A DNA stretch of 15,080 bases, from NCBI GenBank assembly GCA_049970495.1, contig JBMFMV010000046.1, positions 1 to 15,080 of the forward strand. The letters are read 5' to 3'. Positions within the stretch are counted from its first letter, which is position 1, and each line of letters opens with the position of its first letter. Origin of the DNA: a bacterium (GTDB taxonomy: Bacteria; DUMJ01). A model generated the notes under the pieces. The model had not been told where the DNA came from and ran no database searches. It saw only the letters and a program-made list of their open reading frames with translations. Below, piece after piece: positions 1-7,844 of the stretch. Made by a program: the position numbers and the translations under genes.

Positions 1-1074
1 GACAAGCTAAAAGATGTAATAGAGATGGCAGGAGGCATAACACCTAAAGCAAGCCTAGTAGGGGGGATTATTGAAAGAGCCTCTGGAGAGATTATAGAGC
101 TGGATTTCTTTAAGTCTTCTGAAGTTCCTCTACAGGATAAAGATATGATTAGGATACCAACTAGGATAGATAGAGTATATGTGCTAGGGCAGGTAAGGAA
201 CCCTGGGGCTATTACTTTGACTACTGGAGAAATAAGTGGGACTCCTACAGGAGAGATTGTTTTGGGTCAAGCTCGAGAAGGTTCAAGAGTATCAGAATTA
301 ATATCCCGTGCAGGAGGAATACTACCTACTGCAAGTACTAGAAACATAAAGATTCTGAGAGGAGGTAAAGAGATAGCAGTTATAGACCTTTATAAGGTCC
401 TTGTTTTAGGAGATACATCTCAAGATGTAAGCTTAAGACTTGTAGATGGGGATGTAATTTTTGTTCCTCCAATGGAGAAAACTATCAGAATTTTTGGACA
501 GGTAAGAGAACCAGGCATTTATGAGATAAGAGAAGGTGATAGATTAAGAGATATTATTATAAGAGCTGGAGGTTTGACGGAAAAATCTACTAGAACTTTA
601 GGAAAAATTGAGCGTATTGTAGATGGTAAGAAAGAAGATATTCTCTTTAATGTTGATTATGCCCTTAGAGGCGATGAGACTAATAATCTTATATTAAGAG
701 ATGGAGACAATGTATTTATACCAGAGCTGAGAAGACTTGTTTATGTATTAGGACAGGTTAATAATCCTGGAACTATAGAGTATGTAGAGGGGAGAAGACT
801 TACTGAATATATAAGTGCCGCTGGTGGGGTTAAAGACAGGGCAGATCTTAAGAAGGTTACTGTTATTAGGCAGAGTGGTGACAAAGCCGAAATGGTAACG
901 GTCAATTATGAAGATATTGTTAAAAGAGGAAAGAGTGAGTTAGATATACAGATTAGAGAGGATGACATAGTATACGTTCCTGAGGTACTCTTTAAGGGTT
1001 GGCAGGACCTTGTCCAAATCCTCATGAGTATTGGAGTATTAAAGAATACCTTTAGCTCTCTATTTGGGTGGTGA
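1..1074 (+). CDS. Multi-SLBB-domain polysaccharide export protein (Wza/OPX-like), 5'-truncated by the window edge
   Basis: Frame 1 is open from base 1 (DKLKDVIEMAGG...), so the ATG at 25 is probably internal. Repeated SLBB/beta-grasp units: (V/I)x(V/I)xGQVxxPG ... IxxAGG ... (L/I)xDxDx(I/V)x(I/V)P, three complete plus one partial. Ends in an amphipathic helix (WQDLVQILMSIGVLKNTFSSLFGW). Adjacent to a co-polymerase gene. TGA at 1072-1074. Confidence 0.85.
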   Translation, partial: DKLKDVIEMAGGITPKASLVGGIIERASGEIIELDFFKSSEVPLQDKDMIRIPTRIDRVYVLGQVRNPGAITLTTGEISGTPTGEIVLGQAREGSRVSELISRAGGILPTASTRNIKILRGGKEIAVIDLYKVLVLGDTSQDVSLRLVDGDVIFVPPMEKTIRIFGQVREPGIYEIREGDRLRDIIIRAGGLTEKSTRTLGKIERIVDGKKEDILFNVDYALRGDETNNLILRDGDNVFIPELRRLVYVLGQVNNPGTIEYVEGRRLTEYISAAGGVKDRADLKKVTVIRQSGDKAEMVTVNYEDIVKRGKSELDIQIREDDIVYVPEVLFKGWQDLVQILMSIGVLKNTFSSLFGW

Positions 1075-1076
1075 TT

Positions 1077-2444
1077 ATGGAAGAAGAAATAAGCTTGGTT
1101 GACCTTATAAAGGTGTTAAGAAAGAGAAGAGCCTACATTATAACTATTTTTCTATTGGCTATTATTGGAGCATATCTTTTTAGTAAGATAAGCCCTAAGG
1201 TATATTCTGCAAAGGCAGTAATACTTTTACCTAGTGAGAAAGGTAGTAGTATAAGCACACAGTTGTTACAGTCTCTGCCTGTCACTGGGATAGTAGGTTT
1301 GCCAAGTGGTATAGGGGCAAACTATGTTGCTATTCTTAAAAGTCGATCGGCAGCTGAATATGTTGTCAAGAAACTAAACTTAGAGAAAGAGTATGAAGGT
1401 AATAGCATCCAGCAAGTTATAACCGTCCTGCAGAAATCTGTAAAGATAAATGATACTAAAGAAAACACTATAGAGATAACTGCTGAAGCTAAAAGTCCAC
1501 AACTAGCTGCTGATATTTCCAATACATATGTTTCTGCATTAAAAGAGATAGCATCTAGGTTTATGCTTAGCTCTGCTCAGAGAGAAAAAGCCTTCTTAGA
1601 AAAGAGACTAAAGGAGACAGAAAAACTTCTAAGTGAAGCAGAATCAAGGCTCAAGGCCTTTCAGAATAGATATAAGTTAATAAGTATTAGTGATGAAACC
1701 AAGGCACTAATAGAAAATATGGCTAACATACAGTCACAAAAAGAATCCACACAGATAGAGTTGAGTACTGTAAACTCACAGATAAATAGTTTACAGAGTA
1801 TCCTTAGTGCTCAAGCTGAACTTTTAGGGAAAGATCTCCTAACTGTAACCACTATAAGTTCAGACCCTAAGATCCAGATGTGGCGTGAAAAACTCATAGA
1901 AAGCGAAGTAAACCTTGCTACTCTTTTACAAGATTATGGAGAACTTCATCCTAAAGTTATCGAAGTAAAACAACAGATAGCTGAAATAAAGAAAGTTATG
2001 AAAGAAGAAATAGAAAGGTTATCTAATGCATTAGGTACACTTTCTACCCCAGAGCTATTCGATTTAAGCGTCAAAAGGATCTCTCTTGAAGCTAAACTGC
2101 AGGGCTTAACGGATCTGATTTCGAGGTATGAAGAAAAGCTGAGCCAACTTCCAGATTTAAGTCTGCAGCTTTCTAGGCTTATGAGAGATGTAAAATTGCA
2201 AGAAGCTATATATAGTACACTTTATACGCAGTATGAACAGGCAAAGATAGGCGAGGCGAGAGAATCAATGGAGATTCAGGTCTTAGACTATGCTGTACCA
2301 CCAGAAAAACCTAGTAAACCTAATACTGTACTTAATATCCTTATTGCTGGGGTGGCATCTCTATTTTTAGGGATATTTTTAGCCTTCTTTTTAGAGTTTT
2401 GGCAAAATCTTAAGGAGGAATTAAGGAAAGATGGAAATTCCTAG
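1077..2444 (+). CDS. Polysaccharide co-polymerase / chain-length determinant (Wzz/GumC-type, no kinase domain)
   Basis: N-terminal EEISLVDLIKVL followed by a TM helix and PKVYSAKA; ILKSRS motif; long coiled coil containing YGELHPKV; proline-rich DYAVPPEKPSKP before the second TM helix. ATG 1077 preferred over GTG 1068 because the SD-like GGTGG at 1067-1071 sits 5 nt upstream and MEEEISL is a typical family N-terminus. Confidence 0.88.
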   Translation: MEEEISLVDLIKVLRKRRAYIITIFLLAIIGAYLFSKISPKVYSAKAVILLPSEKGSSISTQLLQSLPVTGIVGLPSGIGANYVAILKSRSAAEYVVKKLNLEKEYEGNSIQQVITVLQKSVKINDTKENTIEITAEAKSPQLAADISNTYVSALKEIASRFMLSSAQREKAFLEKRLKETEKLLSEAESRLKAFQNRYKLISISDETKALIENMANIQSQKESTQIELSTVNSQINSLQSILSAQAELLGKDLLTVTTISSDPKIQMWREKLIESEVNLATLLQDYGELHPKVIEVKQQIAEIKKVMKEEIERLSNALGTLSTPELFDLSVKRISLEAKLQGLTDLISRYEEKLSQLPDLSLQLSRLMRDVKLQEAIYSTLYTQYEQAKIGEARESMEIQVLDYAVPPEKPSKPNTVLNILIAGVASLFLGIFLAFFLEFWQNLKEELRKDGNS

Positions 2445-3540
2445 CTTTGATCTTAAAAGACAATATCAGATGCTTAAGGTAGAGATAGATCAGGCAATTC
2501 AAAATGTATTAGCAAGTGGACAATTTATATTAGGAGAAAATGTAAGGCTTCTAGAAGAAGAAATAGCAGAGTATTGTGGGACTAAATATGCTATTGGGGT
2601 TGCTTCAGGAACAGATGCTCTACTGCTTTCTTTAAGATCCTGTGGAGTAGGTCCTAGAGATGAAGTTATAACTACCCCATTTACATTTTTTGCTACCGCA
2701 GAAGTAATTTCTCATCTTGGGGCAAAGCCAGTTTTTGTTGATATAGAACCAGATACGCTTAATATGGATGTAGAGCAGGTAGAAAGGATAATAACTAAAA
2801 ACACTAAAGTCATACTTCCAGTACATCTTTTTGGACAGATGTGTGATATGGGTAAGCTTATGGAGATTAAAGAAAGGTATAGCCTTTTTGTAATAGAAGA
2901 TGCCTGCCAGGCTATAGGCTCAATTTATTATGGTAAAAAGGCTGGCAGTATTGGTGATACAGGATGTTTTAGTTTCTTCCCTACCAAGAATTTGGGAGCT
3001 TTTGGTGATGGCGGAATGATAGTCACTAATGATGAGAAGTTAAAGGATAGGTTAATGGCATTGAGGAATCATGGTAGTATTAAAAAGTATTACCATGGTG
3101 AGTTAGGTTATAATAGTAGGTTAGATGAGCTTCAAGCTGCTATATTAAGAGTGAAGCTTAGGCACTTGGATGACTTTATAAAAAGAAGACAGGGAATAGC
3201 TGAGCTGTATACCACCTTACTTTCGGATATACCCTATGTAAGGGTTCCGAGAGTTAAAGAAGGACGGAGTCATACATTTCATCAATACGTTATAAGGGCA
3301 GAAAATAGAGATGAGTTACAGAAATGTCTCTCTGATCACGGTATTGGCTCAACCATATATTATCCTCTACCATTACATCTCCAAAAGGTATATAAAGATT
3401 TGGGTTATAAATTTGGGGATTTCCCAGAGGCAGAGAAAGCTTCTAAAGAAGTTCTAGCATTACCTATGTGGCCAGAATTGACCGATGAAGAGATTAAAGA
3501 AGTTGCGGAGGTTATAAGGTCTTTCTATGGAAAGAATTAG
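2431..3540 (+). CDS. DegT/DnrJ/EryC1/StrS family PLP-dependent nucleotide-sugar aminotransferase (WbpE/WlbC/GnnB-like)
   Basis: Motifs SGTDAL, TPFTFFATA, PVHLFGQ, EDACQAIG, FSFFPTKNLGAFGDGG (PLP lysine) and GYNSRLDELQAA. AAGGAGG at 2412-2418. Overlaps the upstream gene by 14 bp. Confidence 0.93.
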   Translation: MEIPSFDLKRQYQMLKVEIDQAIQNVLASGQFILGENVRLLEEEIAEYCGTKYAIGVASGTDALLLSLRSCGVGPRDEVITTPFTFFATAEVISHLGAKPVFVDIEPDTLNMDVEQVERIITKNTKVILPVHLFGQMCDMGKLMEIKERYSLFVIEDACQAIGSIYYGKKAGSIGDTGCFSFFPTKNLGAFGDGGMIVTNDEKLKDRLMALRNHGSIKKYYHGELGYNSRLDELQAAILRVKLRHLDDFIKRRQGIAELYTTLLSDIPYVRVPRVKEGRSHTFHQYVIRAENRDELQKCLSDHGIGSTIYYPLPLHLQKVYKDLGYKFGDFPEAEKASKEVLALPMWPELTDEEIKEVAEVIRSFYGKN

Positions 3541-4546
3541 ATTTGCTATTATAGGATGTGGGCAGAATGCTCATAAACATGGCGAAGTTGTATCTGATAT
3601 ACCTTGGTTGGAACTTGTAGCGGTATGTGATAAGGACCTTTCTAGAGTAGAAGAATTTGCTTCAAGCTATAATGTTGAAAAAGTCTATACAGATTATAGA
3701 AAACTTTTAAAAGAAGAAAGGCTAGATTTGGTATCTATTTCTACACCTCACTCCTCTCATTATGATATTGCTAAGGATGCACTAAGTTCGGGTATAAATG
3801 TCCTCGTCGAAAAGCCGCTAGTCTTGAGTTTAGAAGAGGCTAAAGAACTATGTTCCCTGGCTGATAAATTGGGGTTAAAGTTGGGGATGGTAGCTCAGAT
3901 GAGGTATAATCCCCTCATAGAGTCAGCTCAGGAGGCTATAAGGAAAGATGCCTTAGGAAAACTCTTCTTAGGAAGCGTTCATATGCTCTGGTATAGACCT
4001 CAAGAATACTTTGAAAATTCTTGGAGAGGTAGTAAGCTCTATGATGGTGGTATGCTCTATAATATGGCTATTCATTATCTAGACCTACTTATATCTTTCT
4101 TTGGTAAGATTCAATCTGTAAGTGCTATGAGTGGCACATTTACACACTCTATCGAAACAGAAGATACTCTAGTAGCTATCTTAAGATTCTATAATGGAGC
4201 TCTAGCTACCTTCGAAGGGAGTTTTTCTATTTATCCCCAGAATCTTGAAACTAGCTTAAGCATATTTGGCGATAAAGGATCAGTAGTAATTGGTGGTCCA
4301 GCTTTAAACATTATAGAGACATGGAAGACAAAGGATAATATAGTTTCACCAAGGGTTATTAGTTATGATCCCATATATCTGAGGAAGCTTTGTTTTAGAA
4401 ATATGATGTTAGATTTCTGTAATGGTATAATTAATAATAGCCCTACAAGGATAGATGCTACAAATTCGCTCTCGGTTTTAGAGACTATAGAGATGATTTA
4501 TAAGTCATTGGAGAGGGATGGATTATGGCTAAAGCAATTGGGGTAG
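3527..4546 (+). CDS. Gfo/Idh/MocA family NAD-dependent oxidoreductase, probable nucleotide-sugar 3-dehydrogenase (WbpB/WlbA-like)
   Basis: Rossmann motif AIIGCG, STP...H, VLVEKP, WYRPQEYF and GGMLYNMAIHYLDLL (N-x3-H catalytic segment). Overlaps the DegT aminotransferase by 14 bp. Confidence 0.85.
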   Translation: MERIRFAIIGCGQNAHKHGEVVSDIPWLELVAVCDKDLSRVEEFASSYNVEKVYTDYRKLLKEERLDLVSISTPHSSHYDIAKDALSSGINVLVEKPLVLSLEEAKELCSLADKLGLKLGMVAQMRYNPLIESAQEAIRKDALGKLFLGSVHMLWYRPQEYFENSWRGSKLYDGGMLYNMAIHYLDLLISFFGKIQSVSAMSGTFTHSIETEDTLVAILRFYNGALATFEGSFSIYPQNLETSLSIFGDKGSVVIGGPALNIIETWKTKDNIVSPRVISYDPIYLRKLCFRNMMLDFCNGIINNSPTRIDATNSLSVLETIEMIYKSLERDGLWLKQLG

Positions 4547-5427
4547 ATATTGGAGGAACAAAAATTTTATCTGCAGTGATTGATGAGAAGGGGAATATAA
4601 TAAGACTTTTGAAGGTTCCTAGTGAAGGAAAAGAAGGTAGGGATAGAATTCTAAGTCACTTGTATGAGGCTATAGAGGGACTTATGTCTGAAGACATAAT
4701 AGGAATAGGGATAGGAACAGCAGGGCAAGTTGACCCTGATACTGGGATGATAGTTACAGCTACACCGAATCTTAAAGACTGGGCAGGGACACCTTTAAAG
4801 GACATAGTTGAAAAGAAATTTAATCTTCCAACCTATGTGGATAATGACGGTAATGTTGCTGCCTTAGGAGAATGGTGGGCTGGAGGAGGCAGAGGTGCTA
4901 GATGCCTTTTATGTCTTACTATTGGGACTGGAATTGGATCTGGAATAATCTACGAAGGTAAGGTATTTAGAGGAGCAAGAGGAGTTGGGGCAGAATTAGG
5001 ACATATGAGTATAAAGTATGATGGCATTAGATGTAACTGTGGTGGTATTGGCTGTATTGAAGCATATGCCTCTGGTCCTGCTCTTATAAAAAAGATTCAA
5101 GAGAAGGGGAAGTCTATATCAATACCTGATGAAATCTTAAAGTATGCTGAGAGTAGAGACAATGTGGTTTTAGAGGCGATAGAGGAGATAGCTACATTGC
5201 TTGGATATGCCATGGTTAGCTTTATAAATATATTTAACCCAGATATCATACTTCTTTCAGGTGGTGTTTCAAACCTTGGAGATTATTTAATTAATCCTAT
5301 AAGAAAAGTAGTAGATACTTATGCCCTTCCTGGGGGGAGGGACGTAAAGATAACTAGGGCTACTTTAGGAGAACAAGCAGGTGTGGTAGGAGCATCTGCT
5401 TTAGTATTTTTGAAAGGAGCAAAATAA
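4525..5427 (+). CDS. ROK family sugar kinase (glucokinase-like)
   Basis: GVDIGGTK phosphate-binding motif right at the N-terminus with no HTH, so a kinase rather than a repressor. Also DNDGNVAALGE, GTGIGSG, GAELGH and the Zn motif CNCGGIGCIE. Substrate cannot be determined from sequence. Confidence 0.9.
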   Translation: MAKAIGVDIGGTKILSAVIDEKGNIIRLLKVPSEGKEGRDRILSHLYEAIEGLMSEDIIGIGIGTAGQVDPDTGMIVTATPNLKDWAGTPLKDIVEKKFNLPTYVDNDGNVAALGEWWAGGGRGARCLLCLTIGTGIGSGIIYEGKVFRGARGVGAELGHMSIKYDGIRCNCGGIGCIEAYASGPALIKKIQEKGKSISIPDEILKYAESRDNVVLEAIEEIATLLGYAMVSFINIFNPDIILLSGGVSNLGDYLINPIRKVVDTYALPGGRDVKITRATLGEQAGVVGASALVFLKGAK

Positions 5428-5443
5428 AGAAGGAGGAGTTTTT

Positions 5444-5896
5444 ATGGCAGAGGAAAGACAATTAGTAGTTTTTTCTCTATTAAACGAGGATTATGGGATA
5501 GATATTTATAAGGTTCAAGAGATTATCCAGTATAGAGATATCACCTTTGTACCTAAGGCTCCACCTTTTGTTAAGGGTGTTATAAACCTTAGGGGTAAGA
5601 TAATTCCCGTTATAGACTTGAAAGAGAGATTTAATCTTCCAGAAAAAGAAATTACACCAGATACAAGGATAATAGTGGTGGAGATATCTTCGCAGACAGT
5701 AGGATTGATAGTAGACTCTGTGACAGAGGTATTAAGAATTCCTAAGGATAATATAGACCCTCCACCTCCAGTTACCACTATTGAGGCAGATTTCATAGAG
5801 GGTGTTGGTAAATTAGACGAAAGATTAATTATTATACTTGATATAGATAGGATACTGACAAAGGAAGAAAAGGGAGAACTAGTTGCTATAAAGTAG
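5444..5896 (+). CDS. cheW: Chemotaxis coupling protein CheW
   Basis: QLVVFSL..EDYGIDI..VQEII, VPKAPPFVKGVINLRGKIIPVIDL, VGLIVDSVTEVL, FIEGVGK...RLIIILD. Perfect AGGAGG at 5431-5436. Confidence 0.95.
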   Translation: MAEERQLVVFSLLNEDYGIDIYKVQEIIQYRDITFVPKAPPFVKGVINLRGKIIPVIDLKERFNLPEKEITPDTRIIVVEISSQTVGLIVDSVTEVLRIPKDNIDPPPPVTTIEADFIEGVGKLDERLIIILDIDRILTKEEKGELVAIK

Positions 5897-5907
5897 GAGG
5901 ATCTATA

Positions 5908-6591
5908 TTGTTAGGTACAGTTATAAATACTTTAACTGTTGTAACTGGGAGTGCTATAGGTCTTATATTGGGAAATAAATTTTCGGAAAGGTTACAGAGG
6001 ATAGCTATACAGTCTGTTGGGCTGTTTACTTTAACGGTAGGTCTGAAGATGGCATTTGGCACTAAAGATATAAAGGATGCCATTGTTGTTTTGTTAAGTC
6101 TTGCCGTTGGTGGTATAATAGGAGAACTATTGGATATAGAATCTTTTCTAGAGAGATTAGGAGATGCGATTAAAAAGAAGGCTTCGAGTAATGTAGCTAC
6201 TTTTACTCAAGGTTTTATGGCGGCTAGTTTGCTTTTCTGTGTAGGACCCATGGCTATCACCGGAGCAATAGAAGATGGTATAAGGGGAACGTATAATATC
6301 TTGCTTACAAAGTCTATAATGGATGGTATCTCTTCTATAGTTTTATCCGCCTCATTAGGAGTAGGAGTTATATTCTCGTCATTAGTTGTTTTAGGCTATC
6401 AAGGAATTCTAACCATATTAGCCTCTATGGTTGGGAATATCCTTCCTGAAAGTTCTGTGACCTGTATCACTGTAGTTGGAGGATTAATGATTATTGGTAT
6501 AGGAATAAATCTTTTGGGAATAGGGAAGATAAAAGTAGGAAATCTTTTACCAGGACTTTTAATAGGAGGAATATTAGGAGCATTGATATGA
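5908..6591 (+). CDS. DUF554 family (YdfK/YqgA-like) polytopic membrane protein
   Basis: MLGTVIN start, SLAVGGIIGELLDIE, GFMAASLLFCVGPMAITGAIEDG, KSIMDG, and C-terminal IKVGNLLP; several hydrophobic helices. TTG start 7 nt after AGGAGG (5895-5900). Confidence 0.88.
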   Translation: MLGTVINTLTVVTGSAIGLILGNKFSERLQRIAIQSVGLFTLTVGLKMAFGTKDIKDAIVVLLSLAVGGIIGELLDIESFLERLGDAIKKKASSNVATFTQGFMAASLLFCVGPMAITGAIEDGIRGTYNILLTKSIMDGISSIVLSASLGVGVIFSSLVVLGYQGILTILASMVGNILPESSVTCITVVGGLMIIGIGINLLGIGKIKVGNLLPGLLIGGILGALI

Positions 6592-7844
6592 TAGACATAA
6601 GACTTATAGAAGCTAAACCAGAAGAAGTAAGGAGTCTTTTAAAGAAAAAGGGAGTGGATGCTCCTATAGATAAGATACTGAGCTTAAATCAAAGAAGAAA
6701 GGACCTTATTAGAGAGGTAGATAATCTTAGGCATCTACAGAATGTGACTTCTAAAGAGATACAGAAGAATCCTAAAGATAAAGATGTGCTTATAGGTAAG
6801 ATCAAAGAGATAGTTCCTAAGTTGAGGGAGCTAGAAGATGAATTAAAGAGAGTAGAAGATTCTCTAAATGAACTGATTTTGACCCTACCCAATCTTCCCC
6901 ATGAAAGTGTCCCTGAAGGAAAGGATGAGAATGATAATATACCTATAAAATACTATGGTAATATACCTCATTTTGATTTTACCCCCAGAGACCATCTAGA
7001 ACTAGGAGAAATTTTAGATCTGATTGATGTAAAAAGGGCAGGTAAAGTAAGTGGTTCTAGGTTCTACTATCTTAAACGGGAATTGGTTATATTAGAGTAT
7101 GCACTTATTAGATTTGTGACGGATCTTCTTATTGAAAAGGGGTTTGTCCCTGTGATCCCTCCTGTACTTGTTAGAGAAGATATACTTTATGGTCTTGGAT
7201 ATCTTCCAGAACTTGAAGACCAAATGTATAAGATACCCTCTGATGATCTGAGATTAGCAGGGACTTCGGAACATACTATTGTTCCTATGTTTAAAGATGA
7301 GATATTCGATGTAAAGGAACTTCCACAGAGATTTATCTCTTTCTCTTCGTGTTTTAGAAGAGAAGCTGGCGCTGCAGGAAAAGATACAAGAGGAATATTA
7401 AGAGTTCATCAGTTTGATAAACTCGAAATGGTATCATTTACCTTGTCTACTAAGTCTTGGGAAGAACACGAATTTTTACTCTCTGTTGAAGAAGAGATAA
7501 TGAGCAAGTTGAATATACCCTATAGGGTAGTTCTCATTTGTGCAGGTGATTTAGGTTTTCCTGCAAGTAAAAAGTACGATATAGAGGCTTGGATGCCAGG
7601 ACAAAATAGGTATAGGGAGACGCACTCTTGCAGTAACTGTACTGACTTCCAGGCTAGACGTCTAAACATAAGGTATAGGGACGAGGATGGAAATGTGCGG
7701 TATGTTCATACCTTAAATGGAACCGCTCTAGCTATAGGTAGAGCGATCATTGCTATAATGGAAAATTATCAAAATAAGGATGGGAGTATAAGAATTCCAG
7801 ATGTATTGATTCCTTATACTAAGTTTGAGGTAATAAAACGATGA
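6588..7844 (+). CDS. serS: Serine--tRNA ligase
   Basis: N-terminal coiled-coil arm, [12 protein letters not shown], motif 2 CFRREAG...[25 protein letters not shown], motif 3 [16 protein letters not shown] overlap with the upstream gene; AGGAG at 6576-6580. Confidence 0.97.
   Translation: MIDIRLIEAKPEEVRSLLKKKGVDAPIDKILSLNQRRKDLIREVDNLRHLQNVTSKEIQKNPKDKDVLIGKIKEIVPKLRELEDELKRVEDSLNELILTLPNLPHESVPEGKDENDNIPIKYYGNIPHFDFTPRDHLELGEILDLIDVKRAGKVSGSRFYYLKRELVILEYALIRFVTDLLIEKGFVPVIPPVLVREDILYGLGYLPELEDQMYKIPSDDLRLAGTSEHTIVPMFKDEIFDVKELPQRFISFSSCFRREAGAAGKDTRGILRVHQFDKLEMVSFTLSTKSWEEHEFLLSVEEEIMSKLNIPYRVVLICAGDLGFPASKKYDIEAWMPGQNRYRETHSCSNCTDFQARRLNIRYRDEDGNVRYVHTLNGTALAIGRAIIAIMENYQNKDGSIRIPDVLIPYTKFEVIKR

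Noticed and set aside
25..27. ATG given as the start of the first ORF
   Set aside because: The frame is open to base 1 and the Met lies inside an SLBB motif (DKLKDVIEMAGG); the gene begins upstream of the window.
4525..5427. ROK protein as a transcriptional repressor
   Set aside because: No N-terminal HTH; the DxGGT kinase motif starts within the first ten residues.
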